From positions 1,632,001-1,696,000 of the forward strand of contig OY761611.1 of NCBI GenBank assembly GCA_963664875.1: 64,000 nucleotides of DNA. The letters run 5' to 3'. The translations under genes and the position numbers were made by a program. Each line of letters begins with the position of its first letter. Positions within the stretch are counted from its first letter, which is position 1. The notes under the pieces were generated by a model. The model was not told the DNA's origin and made no database searches. It saw nothing but the letters and a program-made list of their open reading frames with translations. Origin of the DNA: Candidatus Kapaibacterium sp. GTDB taxonomy: Bacteria; Bacteroidota; Ignavibacteria; Kapaibacteriales; UBA2268. Shown here one piece after another: positions 1 to 10,179 of this stretch.

Positions 1-675
1 CAAGGCTTGACAGCTTATATCATAGGTGGACGTAGCACTCCTAAAGCACTCTATTTCAGAGGAGATGATAAATATGTGTTCTTCAATTTCCAATCTAAAA
101 TCGCACGTAATTATGTGATTGAGTGGGAAAGAATGTACGCTCTCTTTGCTGATACTCTATCTAATGAATTTGATATTGATGATATGGATATAAGACTCGA
201 AAAAGATATCCAAGAATCGAGTTTAGTAAAGGAATACCTGGCTGAAAACAAAGTTGAACAATATATCGTAATAAATTTGTCAGCCGGTCAGGCACGTAAT
301 GAACTATCAGAAGAAACCTATCGGGAGATACTCAAGTGCGTATCCGAGTTCGACACTTTTAAAATCATTTTTATCTGTATGAATAAAGATATGGAAAAAG
401 CACGATTGCTTTCCGACAAAAACACTTTGCTTTATCCACCATCAGATATATTAAACATAACAGAACTGATAAGAAATGCTTCCCTATGCATTACACCGGA
501 TACTTCAATCGTACACCTTGCCTGTGTGCTCAGGATACCAACTATCGGCATTTATTCCAATGACGAAGATGCTGCAAGCTGGTCTCCCTACAAAGTTGAA
601 GGAGGATGTATTATGAATTATGAAAATTTGTCGGAAAGGCTTACTGATTACTGTAAACAAATCCTAACAAAATAG
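1..675 (+). CDS. Glycosyltransferase family 9 (heptosyltransferase-like), 5'-truncated
   Basis: Frame open from base 1 (QGLTAYIIGGR). GT9 C-terminal motif ITPDTSIVHLA. Tandem paralog of 679..1743 (shared GxDKYxxFNFQSKIA). Confidence 0.85.
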   Translation, partial: QGLTAYIIGGRSTPKALYFRGDDKYVFFNFQSKIARNYVIEWERMYALFADTLSNEFDIDDMDIRLEKDIQESSLVKEYLAENKVEQYIVINLSAGQARNELSEETYREILKCVSEFDTFKIIFICMNKDMEKARLLSDKNTLLYPPSDILNITELIRNASLCITPDTSIVHLACVLRIPTIGIYSNDEDAASWSPYKVEGGCIMNYENLSERLTDYCKQILTK

Positions 676-678
676 AGA

Positions 679-1743
679 ATGGCAAAACCAAATAAAATAA
701 AAAAGATAATACTTAAGATTCTTTCTTTTTTCTTAAAAAACAAGAGATATGAAAGGGGTATCAATCCGGATAAGGTAAAAAAAATACTGGTTATCCGAAA
801 CGATGCTTTGGGCGATATGCTTATTACTATGCCTGCCCTTGCTTTATTAAAGCAAATCGCACCGAGAGCAGAGCTTCATGTTTTAGCGTCTAATAAAAAT
901 TATCGCCTATTAGAAAACGACAGCAATATCGATCGTATTTTTATTGACGAAACTTCAACAATAAAGAAACTAAAACAAGCGGTTGATTTAAGAAAAGAAA
1001 GCTACGATGTAATAATATCTACAATTTATGTTGGAATTACTAAACAGGGACTTTTAGCCAACATCATTGGCGGAAGACAATGTTTTAAATCTTTACTCTA
1101 TTCCGGCGAGGATAAATATACTTATTTCAATTTCCAATCTAAAATTGCGGAAATGCAAATACCTATGTGGGAAAAAATGTACGCTCAGTTTGCTGACACT
1201 TTTGATTACCCCATAGATTTCAACAATATTATTCCTTATCTTGAAACCGGTGATAAAGACAAATTAGCACTGAAACAAATATCAGAGACTTATTCTCTCA
1301 AGCATAAAGACTATATAGTAGTTAATCTATCTGCAGGTCAGGAAAGAAACCAAATTTCGCAAAGCGAGTATGTGGAAATCTTAGACATTATCAACAGAGT
1401 TTTCCACACGAAAATTGTACTTATCCACATGCCTAATGAAAGTAATATAGCGGAAGGACTATGTAACGATAATGTCATAGCTTTAAGCAATCTTGATATT
1501 TTGACAGTTGCAGAGCTAATACGAAATGCGATTTTGTGCGTTTCACCTGATACAGGAATTGTGCATCTTGCTTCAGCTGTAAGGACAGCGACTATAGCTA
1601 TTTTCAACAGCGAATATCATAGTAGATTTTGGGCTCCGTATAAAGTCGCCGGAGGGAAAATTGTCAGAGACAAAGATATGCTCTTTCAAATAGAAGAATT
1701 GGCAAAAAAAACAAAGCAACATTTAGATAAACATTACGAATAA
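679..1743 (+). CDS. Glycosyltransferase family 9 (LPS heptosyltransferase-like)
   Basis: KILVIRNDALGDMLIT N-terminal motif and VSPDTGIVHLASA C-terminal motif. Confidence 0.9.
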   Translation: MAKPNKIKKIILKILSFFLKNKRYERGINPDKVKKILVIRNDALGDMLITMPALALLKQIAPRAELHVLASNKNYRLLENDSNIDRIFIDETSTIKKLKQAVDLRKESYDVIISTIYVGITKQGLLANIIGGRQCFKSLLYSGEDKYTYFNFQSKIAEMQIPMWEKMYAQFADTFDYPIDFNNIIPYLETGDKDKLALKQISETYSLKHKDYIVVNLSAGQERNQISQSEYVEILDIINRVFHTKIVLIHMPNESNIAEGLCNDNVIALSNLDILTVAELIRNAILCVSPDTGIVHLASAVRTATIAIFNSEYHSRFWAPYKVAGGKIVRDKDMLFQIEELAKKTKQHLDKHYE

Positions 1744-1776
1744 ATATTTGACTATAAAACAAGGATTAGTAAAATC

Positions 1777-2787
1777 ATGTGGAAATATATATTTGTTTTA
1801 GCTCTTGTTCCTATTTTGGCTTTCTCTCAAAGTGGAACACCATTGCAGCAAGATTCAATTAAAAAAGTTATTCTCGGCAAAATTCAATTTGGTCCCGGAG
1901 CTGACAGTTTATCTGATTTCAAGTTTGAGGCAGCATTCAATATCGCTCTTAGTTTCGCTAAGAATTACAGATTAGTGCCTACAGATTACCGAGATTCTGT
2001 TATTAGCAGCCTTAAAGAGCACAATTCAAATGTAACCATGATAGACATTGCAAATGAATGCGACGCTGATATTATCGCTGTGGCAAATATAGGCATCTTA
2101 AAAAATATGATGCGGGTAGATTTGACTCTTGCAGATATAAGCAATAGGTTGAATTACAGAGGAGTTGGCTATGACTTGCTCAACTATAGAAAAATTGATG
2201 AAAAGCCACTTTACGACCCCACTTTAGTAACAGCTACGCAAAGAGCTTTTGCCGATGCATTAGAAAATGACAGTCTCTACAAAGACGCTCCGGAAGATTA
2301 CCGGGTATTGCCTGCAGCTCCACTGGTGGTAGGCGGTATCGAATTTATTAACGATTTGCCACCACAGGATTCTTTGATGACTTGGGATCTATTCGCAAAA
2401 AAAGAAATAAACTCCTTTGATGTATGTGAGTCTATATTTGAACAGGCAGCACTAAGCAAAAATTTTGCAACTTATGACCTTGATACTCGAGACTCGCTTT
2501 ACGCAATGCTCAATCTTTTTGGTACTGAGAACTATACGCCTCCGACTTCTATCGAGATTTTTGGATTGGCAAAAATTGAAGTTGAATATTATATAACAGG
2601 CAAATTAACGCAGCTTCCTTTCGCAGCCCGGTTAGAACTTAGTTTGTTTAGAATCAATGCCCAAGGCGGAATATTTGAAATTAATAATGTTAAGGGATTA
2701 CTTAAGCAAGACAGCATTGACGAACTGCGAAAAGTAACCAAAAAGTTGACCCAAGAGCTATTAGAGCCGAAGTTAGATGAAGAATAA
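1777..2787 (+). CDS. Secreted hypothetical protein, two similar alpha/beta domains (possibly CsgG/FlgO-like)
   Basis: 336-aa ORF with signal peptide (..ILAFS-Q). Internal duplication VILGKIQF..RDSV..RVDLTL vs LVVGGIEF..RDSL..RLELSL. Confidence 0.6.
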   Translation: MWKYIFVLALVPILAFSQSGTPLQQDSIKKVILGKIQFGPGADSLSDFKFEAAFNIALSFAKNYRLVPTDYRDSVISSLKEHNSNVTMIDIANECDADIIAVANIGILKNMMRVDLTLADISNRLNYRGVGYDLLNYRKIDEKPLYDPTLVTATQRAFADALENDSLYKDAPEDYRVLPAAPLVVGGIEFINDLPPQDSLMTWDLFAKKEINSFDVCESIFEQAALSKNFATYDLDTRDSLYAMLNLFGTENYTPPTSIEIFGLAKIEVEYYITGKLTQLPFAARLELSLFRINAQGGIFEINNVKGLLKQDSIDELRKVTKKLTQELLEPKLDEE

Positions 2788-2907
2788 TTATGATTCTTCA
2801 TCTACTCCATCTTCTATCTAATTCGCTGTAGGAGCGACTAAGTATAAAATATTTGAGTGTTTTTATACTCTTTAGTGTTTTAATTCAACATTTTTGAAAG
2901 AATAATT

Positions 2908-3882
2908 ATGAGAAAATTTACAGTACTCATCGTTTTAGTCTTACTCAGTATAAGTTGCGGTGAATCTGCCTCCAAAAAGGTATTTGTAGTTAGCTCGCAC
3001 CCAATGTATGCTATACTTTCTGAGATTGTGGGCAACAAAGCAGATTTGCATAGATTAGTTCCACCCGGTGCTTCTCCCCACGCATACGCTCCTAAGCCTT
3101 CTGATTTGATGAAAGTAGAAATAGCCGATGCAATATTTTATACCAATGAAATGCTGGACTCATGGATTATAGATTTTAGCAACAAGAGCACAATAGCACT
3201 CTTTGATTTTGTACCTAAAGATAAACTTAATTTTTTTGTACCTCATCAACATAGTCACCCAGAAAATGAACAGGAAGATGCATCATTAACGCACGAACAT
3301 GATGGACACAGCCATGATACTGAAGCAAAAACAGGCAATGCCAAAGTCGAAAACATAGACATAACCGGCGATTCGCTTGTTCCTGACCCACACTTTTGGA
3401 TGAGCCCTAACACTGTAAGAGCAATTCTGCCTGCATTATTAGATACTTTAAGCAAATTGGATCCTGAAAATGCTGCATTTTATGCTGCAAATACAGATAG
3501 ATTTACAAAAAGGTTGGAACTTTTGGATAAGCAAATTGCAAAAGCACTTGCACCACATACAGGAAAAACTGTATTCCTGTTCCACCCATCAATGCTTTAT
3601 CTTTTGAGAGATTACAAAATAATATATGGCGGTAGCTTAGAAGAGATTCCCGGTAAGGAAGCAACTGCAAATCATATTAAACTTCTGGCAGACAAAATCA
3701 ACAGTGCCGGAGCCAAATCTATATTTTCAGAGCCCCAACTATCTCGTGCTCCCGCAGAAACTCTTGCCGAAGCAGCGAATGTCGCGATTTATATTTTAGA
3801 TCCGGTAGGGGGCACAGAAGGCAAAATCAGATACGCAGATTTAATTTTATATAATGTCAATACACTTAAAGTAGCCTTATAA
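2908..3882 (+). CDS. znuA: Metal (Zn/Mn) ABC transporter substrate-binding lipoprotein
   Basis: Lipobox LSISC, PPGASPHAY and DPHFW motifs, His-rich loop. Confidence 0.9.
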   Translation: MRKFTVLIVLVLLSISCGESASKKVFVVSSHPMYAILSEIVGNKADLHRLVPPGASPHAYAPKPSDLMKVEIADAIFYTNEMLDSWIIDFSNKSTIALFDFVPKDKLNFFVPHQHSHPENEQEDASLTHEHDGHSHDTEAKTGNAKVENIDITGDSLVPDPHFWMSPNTVRAILPALLDTLSKLDPENAAFYAANTDRFTKRLELLDKQIAKALAPHTGKTVFLFHPSMLYLLRDYKIIYGGSLEEIPGKEATANHIKLLADKINSAGAKSIFSEPQLSRAPAETLAEAANVAIYILDPVGGTEGKIRYADLILYNVNTLKVAL

Positions 3883-4634
3883 TGGATATAGCAATAAAAA
3901 TCGATAGCCTAACTATAGATTACTCAGGCAAAACTGCTGTAGATAATCTGACAGTCAGTTTTGAAAAGGACAAATTCATTGCTATAGTCGGGCCAAACGG
4001 CTCCGGCAAATCCAGTCTGCTTAAAGCAATAACAGGACTAATCAAATGCTCCGCAGGAAGCATAATAGTGGACGGCATATCTAACGGGAAAGACAGAAGT
4101 AACATAATTGGCTATGTTCCTCAGATAAAAACATTAGATAGAAACTTCCCTGCAAAGGCTCTTGAATTAGTTGCCAGCGGATATAAAAAGAATTGGCCTG
4201 GACGACTGTCCAATTCTTTAAAATCAATAGCTCATGAAGCATTAGAAATTATCGGAGCCGGAAATCTGGCAGAAAAGCAGCTTTCCGAAATGTCAGGAGG
4301 CGAACTGCAAAAAATATATTTAGCAAGAGCTTTAGTCAAGAAGCCAAAGATATTGCTATTAGATGAACCTGCGACCGGCATAGATATGGTGTGTGAGCGT
4401 TCTTTAAATCACACAATAGAAGAATACAAGGCAGAGAACTCTGCGACTGTGATAATGGTAACTCACGATTGGTCATCGGCTTATTATCATGCAAATAATG
4501 TATTGTTATTAAACAAAAAAAAAGTATATTATGGTGCAGCAAAAGAAGCCTTTGATAATGCGAATCTACAGTTAGCATTTTCGCATCCAGGGCATAAACA
4601 CAATGTAGAATTTGGACTAAGAGAAAATGCTTGA
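3882..4634 (+). CDS. znuC: Metal ABC transporter ATP-binding protein
   Basis: Walker A GPNGSGKS, IGYVPQ, MSGGE signature, LLLDEP, VTHD. Translationally coupled to znuA. Confidence 0.9.
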   Translation: MDIAIKIDSLTIDYSGKTAVDNLTVSFEKDKFIAIVGPNGSGKSSLLKAITGLIKCSAGSIIVDGISNGKDRSNIIGYVPQIKTLDRNFPAKALELVASGYKKNWPGRLSNSLKSIAHEALEIIGAGNLAEKQLSEMSGGELQKIYLARALVKKPKILLLDEPATGIDMVCERSLNHTIEEYKAENSATVIMVTHDWSSAYYHANNVLLLNKKKVYYGAAKEAFDNANLQLAFSHPGHKHNVEFGLRENA

Positions 4635-5436
4635 TATATTGGCAATGCCCTTCATGCTTAGGGCGTTTGCGGGGGGAATTATTATAGCATTCTTGGGAAG
4701 CTTTTTCGGCAGTTTTGTCGTTCAAAGAAAGATGAGCTTTTTGGGGAGCGGGCTTGCACATTCTGCTTTTGGTGGAATAGCATTGGGTCTGTTGCTCGGA
4801 ATAGAGCCTATATATGTGGCTTTCCCATTTACTTTAGCAGTAGCTCTAATAATCAATTACCTCTCAAAAAACACCCGAATATCGGCAGATACGGGCATTG
4901 GCGTTGTTTTTTCATTTGCCTTTGCTCTTGGCACTATTTTTATAGCATTGAAAGATAACTATAGCGTAGATGCTTTTTCTTATCTGTTTGGTTCGATTAT
5001 TACAACTAACTATTCAGATTTGATATTTGGCATTGTTGTCCTTGCAATCTCTGCAATAGCATCGTTTAAGCATTGGAATAACTGGGCTTATGCGACATTT
5101 GACAAAGATTTGGCGACAGCAGACGGTATAAATACTGATAGAGATGATTATATCCTGACTTTGCTAATAGCACTTACTGTCGTAGTCTCAGTGAAAATTG
5201 TCGGTATAGTGTTAGTAACTGCTTTTTTGGTGTTGCCTCCGGCAGCAGCCAAATTAATAAGCGATTCTTTTTATTGTTTAACAATCAGAGCAGTTATAAT
5301 AGGAATAATCAGTGTTGTCTTAGGACTGTTTACATCTGTGATGACAGATTTACCGTCCGGTGCTGTGATTATTATTATACAGACTTTAGTATTTTTCCTG
5401 TTTTTTGTAATCAACAAAGCGACTAAGAAAAGTTAG
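4627..5436 (+). CDS. znuB: Metal ABC transporter permease
   Basis: Hydrophobic. GLAHSAFGG, YLFGSI and DLPSGA motifs of ABC-3 permeases. Confidence 0.9.
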   Translation: MLDILAMPFMLRAFAGGIIIAFLGSFFGSFVVQRKMSFLGSGLAHSAFGGIALGLLLGIEPIYVAFPFTLAVALIINYLSKNTRISADTGIGVVFSFAFALGTIFIALKDNYSVDAFSYLFGSIITTNYSDLIFGIVVLAISAIASFKHWNNWAYATFDKDLATADGINTDRDDYILTLLIALTVVVSVKIVGIVLVTAFLVLPPAAAKLISDSFYCLTIRAVIIGIISVVLGLFTSVMTDLPSGAVIIIIQTLVFFLFFVINKATKKS

Positions 5437-5605
5437 ACGTCAATCCGCCTAATTGCTTTAGTTTGTTGAAGATTGCACAATGCGAATCCCTTTAAATTTG
5501 CAAAAAACGGGATGTTGAGATTTTTGACTTTTCGATAAGTAAATACTATTTGTCTATCTAACTGTTATAGAGTATATTGATTAAGTTCCACAATCATTTT
5601 TCCAA

Positions 5606-8092
5606 ATGCGGGGCAATTTTATGTTAGCAAATTCTACTCCACCTAAGATAATTATATCATTATTTTTCATGGTGATACTGGCGTTCGTATCTCCTAATAC
5701 AGTTTATTCTCAGTCAAACACAGGCAGCCAAAACGAAAAAAATCTCTTCCAAGATGAATACGGGGAACTGGATTCGGAGGGAGAAGTTGAAATCATCGAA
5801 GATGCCTTTGTCCTACAAACATTAGAAAAGTCGAGGCAAAAATACCTTAAAGCACTGATTTTGATAGAAAGAGGCGACACAACCTCAGCAGCTAAGTATT
5901 TTAATCAGGCTATTGAAGATTTGAACATCATAGCCAGCTATCCCAATATAGAAAAAAATGAAAATTTTACTGACCTCGCTCAGCTAATCATCGAAGATTA
6001 CGAAAACTTTGTGGATAATATCAATGATCTTGATGTTGGCTCGAATATTTTTATCATCAGAGAAAAACTATTCCAGGAAGTCGAAACTTACGAGATTATT
6101 GACTTAGATAAATTCCAAGCCCAAGCAGGTCACGAACCTGAAGGGAAGCCTGGATTTATTGATCCTCCTGACTCTTTAGAAATAGATATGCCTGTCAATG
6201 ACTTTGTAAAAAGAAATATTGCGTTTTGGACTAATCCAAAGCGTGGCGAAAAAGTCTTCTATCGCATACTCTCTCGTACTTCCCGCTATTTACCTATGAT
6301 ATTTCGAATAGCAGAAGAAGAAGGATTACCTAAAGAAATAGCTTATCTTGCTATTACCGAATCTGCATTAAGACCGGATGCAGTTTCAAGAGCTAAAGCT
6401 GTGGGTTTGTGGCAATTTATGAGAGCAACCGGCGAAATGTACGGACTCAATGATGCGAGTGATTCTTACTGGGTGGACGAACGAAGAGACCCTGAGAAAG
6501 CAACAAGAGCAGCAATGAGACACCTTAAAGACCTTTATGTACGCTTTGGTGATTGGCATTTGGCATTCGCAGCATATAATTGCGGTGCGGGATGTGTCAG
6601 TAGGGCTATCAGAAGATCAAAAATGTCTAATCCAAATTTTTGGGATTTAGTAACATACTTACCTAAAGAAACCAAATACTATGTACCTTGGTATATAGCT
6701 ACTTCAATGATTGCAATGAACCCTGAAGCTTACGGTTTCAATTTAGACTCAGTTGAGTTTCAGGAAGAATACAAATATGATGTTTTTAAACTTCATGAAC
6801 CGGTGAATATTACTGCTCTTGCGAAATGTGCGGAAATCACTGTAGAAGAGCTTTTAGAGCTTAATCCTGAACTAATCAAAGCGACTACTCCTCCGGATTT
6901 GCCTGAATACGAACTAAAAATCCCGGCAAACACCTATTCTCAGTTTGCTGTCAACTATGACTCTCTGACTATTCAAGACAAACAGCCATGGTTTGAGCAT
7001 ATTGTTCAGAAACGTGAATCATTGAGGACTCTTGCTACTAAATATAAAGTATCAAGATATGACATCGCTTTACTAAATAATATCGAGCCAAGAGCTCGTT
7101 TAAAACGAAATGATGTTATAAAAATTCCTATCAGTCAGGAAGTTGACATAGAAGAATTAGCAGCAGCAACCGGGGTGTCCGAAGGTAGTGAAGATATCTA
7201 TCACGTTGTAAAACGTGGTGAAACGCTTTCTTCGATAGCACGCAAACATGGTGTTAGAATCACTGCTCTAAGAAATTTGAACAACATATCTTACAGCAAT
7301 GACAAAATACATCCTGGGCAGAAATTGGTAATTGCCAAAGCACCGGCGAAAAGGCAGACTGCAAAACAGAATGACAATTCTGATCTTGCAGCAAAAACAG
7401 CTCCTAAAGTCAAAAACGCACCTGCGGCAAATAAACAACAGGATTTAGCTTCTGCAGGAGCTGATGATGACGACGAAGAAGAATTAGCAGAGGAAGAAGA
7501 AACTGAAGAAGAAGTTTCCGCACCTGCTCAAAAACGAACAAAAGTAGAAAAAATACAACAACCGGTAATTGTGAAGCATACTGTGAAAAAAGGCGAAAGT
7601 TTATTCTCTATCAGCCAGCTTTACGATGTACCCGTTGAAGTAATCACACAAGACAATAGAATCAGAAATGACCATATTTATCCTGAGCAGATATTGAAAA
7701 TCAGAACGAATGCAGGTGATGTAGCATCTAACAAAGCAAAAGTTGAAGCTGCAAAACCTCAGATGATTGTTCATAAAGTGAAAAACGGACAATCTTTAGG
7801 TCTGATAGCTCAAAGATACGGTGTAAAAGAATCGCAAATTAAGCAGTGGAATCCTGATCAGGTATCAGGCAATACAATCTTTGCAGGTTCGAAACTAAAA
7901 ATTTATCCTGACGAAACTTACAAAGGCAGCACGAAATCCAATAGTACTCCTGTATATTACACTGTCAGAAAGAATGATACTCTTGCAAAAATTGCTCGTA
8001 AATACGGAGTATCAGTTAATCATTTAGAAAAAATGAATAAGAACCTAAATCCAACAAGGATGCAGGTAGGCGACAAAATTAGAATTCAATAG
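5606..8092 (+). CDS. mltD: Lytic murein transglycosylase D-like (SLT domain plus about five LysM domains)
   Basis: AITES, AVGLWQFM, DERRDP and AAYNCG motifs. LysM starts HIVQKRESL, HVVKRGETL, HTVKKGESL, HKVKNGQSL, YTVRKNDTL. Start may be 5621. Confidence 0.9.
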   Translation: MRGNFMLANSTPPKIIISLFFMVILAFVSPNTVYSQSNTGSQNEKNLFQDEYGELDSEGEVEIIEDAFVLQTLEKSRQKYLKALILIERGDTTSAAKYFNQAIEDLNIIASYPNIEKNENFTDLAQLIIEDYENFVDNINDLDVGSNIFIIREKLFQEVETYEIIDLDKFQAQAGHEPEGKPGFIDPPDSLEIDMPVNDFVKRNIAFWTNPKRGEKVFYRILSRTSRYLPMIFRIAEEEGLPKEIAYLAITESALRPDAVSRAKAVGLWQFMRATGEMYGLNDASDSYWVDERRDPEKATRAAMRHLKDLYVRFGDWHLAFAAYNCGAGCVSRAIRRSKMSNPNFWDLVTYLPKETKYYVPWYIATSMIAMNPEAYGFNLDSVEFQEEYKYDVFKLHEPVNITALAKCAEITVEELLELNPELIKATTPPDLPEYELKIPANTYSQFAVNYDSLTIQDKQPWFEHIVQKRESLRTLATKYKVSRYDIALLNNIEPRARLKRNDVIKIPISQEVDIEELAAATGVSEGSEDIYHVVKRGETLSSIARKHGVRITALRNLNNISYSNDKIHPGQKLVIAKAPAKRQTAKQNDNSDLAAKTAPKVKNAPAANKQQDLASAGADDDDEEELAEEEETEEEVSAPAQKRTKVEKIQQPVIVKHTVKKGESLFSISQLYDVPVEVITQDNRIRNDHIYPEQILKIRTNAGDVASNKAKVEAAKPQMIVHKVKNGQSLGLIAQRYGVKESQIKQWNPDQVSGNTIFAGSKLKIYPDETYKGSTKSNSTPVYYTVRKNDTLAKIARKYGVSVNHLEKMNKNLNPTRMQVGDKIRIQ

Positions 8093-8117
8093 TTCCATTT
8101 TGTTATATATTTTAATT

Positions 8118-8154
8118 CGGAACGACAAGCTGATTGTCGTTCCGTCTTTGTTTT
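8118..8154 (+). terminator. Rho-independent terminator
   Basis: CGGAACGACAA-gctga-TTGTCGTTCCG followed by a T-rich tail. Confidence 0.7.
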
Positions 8155-8177
8155 AATTACAGCGGTTGATTTAAAAG

Positions 8178-9155
8178 ATGAAAATCCTAATTGTTCAGCT
8201 CGGTCGCATTGGAGATATGATATTGCTAACTCCTGCAATAGATGCAATCAAAAGCAAGTACCCAAAATCACAACTGGATATACTCGCAGGAAGACACAAC
8301 TATCAGGCTATAAAAAATAATCCGAGTATAGACAACATCATTGTTTACGAAAAATCACCTTTGAAACTATGCAAAACACTAGGCAATCTTATCAAGACTA
8401 AATATGATTATTATATAGACCCCAAAGATCATAAGTCATCAGAAAGTAAAATCTTGGCGACAATCGCGAGAGCTAAACAAAAAATCGGACTCAATATTGA
8501 CAGCAGCAAAGTATTTGATTATTCTATTCCATCCGAATCTGACAATCAGGGTTTGCACTTTTCGCAGAGAGCTTTCAGAGCATTAAATCATCTTTATATA
8601 GAAACGCCTGCAATAGTTCCAAAGCCATTTCTATACAATACGCAAGATTCATTGGAATACGTAGATAGATTTATCAATGCCGAACGGCTCGATTCCTTTA
8701 TAGTCCTCAACCTCTCGGCAAGTATGGAACATAAAATGTGGGATACTGAGAACTGGATACGACTATTTAACGAATTTGAACATCTGCAGGAAAAAACTGT
8801 GTTGTCTTATGCTCCTGCAGAGACAGAAAAGGCAGCACTATTGCTAAAGAGCTGCCCCCGTATTCATAATTTCAAATCCAAAAGCCTCCATGACGCGATA
8901 GCACTTATCTCTAGATCAGATTTATTAATTTCGCCGGACACTGCAATGGTTCATGTTGCAGCTGCATTTAATATCCCTTTGCTTGGATTATATAGCGGCT
9001 TAGATGATTTCTACGACAAATTTTTCGCAGCTTGCGATCATAAGATTATTATTCGTGCAAAAAATGGGGACTATGGAATCAAATCTATAGAATACGGTCA
9101 GGTAAAAGCTGGTCTAATCAAAACACTTACTCTATTACAGGAAAATAAATCATGA
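8178..9155 (+). CDS. Glycosyltransferase family 9
   Basis: MKILIVQLGRIGDMILLTP and ISPDTAMVHVAAA motifs. Confidence 0.9.
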   Translation: MKILIVQLGRIGDMILLTPAIDAIKSKYPKSQLDILAGRHNYQAIKNNPSIDNIIVYEKSPLKLCKTLGNLIKTKYDYYIDPKDHKSSESKILATIARAKQKIGLNIDSSKVFDYSIPSESDNQGLHFSQRAFRALNHLYIETPAIVPKPFLYNTQDSLEYVDRFINAERLDSFIVLNLSASMEHKMWDTENWIRLFNEFEHLQEKTVLSYAPAETEKAALLLKSCPRIHNFKSKSLHDAIALISRSDLLISPDTAMVHVAAAFNIPLLGLYSGLDDFYDKFFAACDHKIIIRAKNGDYGIKSIEYGQVKAGLIKTLTLLQENKS

Positions 9156-9901
9156 TAATCAGTAGCGGACAATTCGCAGAAAAAGTAATTCAGGGAGAAT
9201 TTGAATTCGTAGATCACGGTTTCAATACCGGGAAGTATAATATGGATTTCGACGTTGAGCATACCAAAGCAGTAGAGGCAGGCGAAGCAAAACCAATATT
9301 CAGAGTTTACGGCTGGACCCCTTGGTGCCTAAGTCTAGGAGCAAATCAAAAAGAAGAAGATATAGATAGCTCAAAATGCAGGGAATACGGATTTGATATT
9401 GTCCGCAGGCCCACAGGAGGCAGAGCTGTTCTCCATGCACATGAAATCACCTATTCTGTGATAATGCCTCTCCCCTATGGCACAACTGTTCATGATGTAT
9501 ATAGAGACATCCACACTTTATTTGTAAAAAGCTTTGCATCTCTTGGAGTAAATCTAGATTTTCAGAAATCGCAACCTGATTTCAAAGATTTTTATTCGAG
9601 AGAGTCTGTTTCTGTGTCATGCTTTGCAAGCTCTGCACGCTATGAAATTGAAAAGGACGGAAAAAAGCTTGTGGGCTCAGCTCAGAGGTTGTTTGGCGGC
9701 ACTTTACTACAACATGGTTCTATTCTGATAGGAGCAGGTCATGAAAAGCTTGCAGAGATTGCCAACGTGAGTAGTGAAGCGAAAAGAGATATTCTAAGAA
9801 AGTATATTTCTGAACACAGTACCACACTTAGCGAGGTTGCAGACCGTCCGATAACTTATGACGAATGTGCCCGTATTATCGAAGAGACTATCAAACTCTA
9901 A
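9152..9901 (+). CDS. Lipoate-protein ligase / octanoyltransferase family (LplA/LipM-like)
   Basis: RRPTGGRAVLH, KLVGSAQ and LQHGSI motifs. Confidence 0.85.
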   Translation: MIISSGQFAEKVIQGEFEFVDHGFNTGKYNMDFDVEHTKAVEAGEAKPIFRVYGWTPWCLSLGANQKEEDIDSSKCREYGFDIVRRPTGGRAVLHAHEITYSVIMPLPYGTTVHDVYRDIHTLFVKSFASLGVNLDFQKSQPDFKDFYSRESVSVSCFASSARYEIEKDGKKLVGSAQRLFGGTLLQHGSILIGAGHEKLAEIANVSSEAKRDILRKYISEHSTTLSEVADRPITYDECARIIEETIKL

Positions 9902-9946
9902 ACAATACTTTTCGGTAAATTGATTTTTTTAGGAACGGATTTAACA

Positions 9947-10168
9947 ATGAAGTTTTTGGTAATATTGCTCGGTATTTTTTTGGCAGTTTTTTTGTTTATC
10001 GCTTGGATATTCAAAAAAATTAGCAGTCTCTTTATGCCTTTCAGAGCGGCATCTGCTAAAAAAGACACTTTCTCGCAAGAGCAGCATAATCGTCAGGACT
10101 CAACCGTAATTTATAAAAAAAATGATGTGGTTGTGATGAAAGGCGATGCAGGCAAAAAGAACAATTAA
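9947..10168 (+). CDS. Small membrane-anchored hypothetical protein
   Basis: ATG at 9947 (MKFLV) followed by one hydrophobic helix. Fits between co-oriented genes. Confidence 0.6.
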   Translation: MKFLVILLGIFLAVFLFIAWIFKKISSLFMPFRAASAKKDTFSQEQHNRQDSTVIYKKNDVVVMKGDAGKKNN

Positions 10169-10179
10169 GGTTACTTAAA

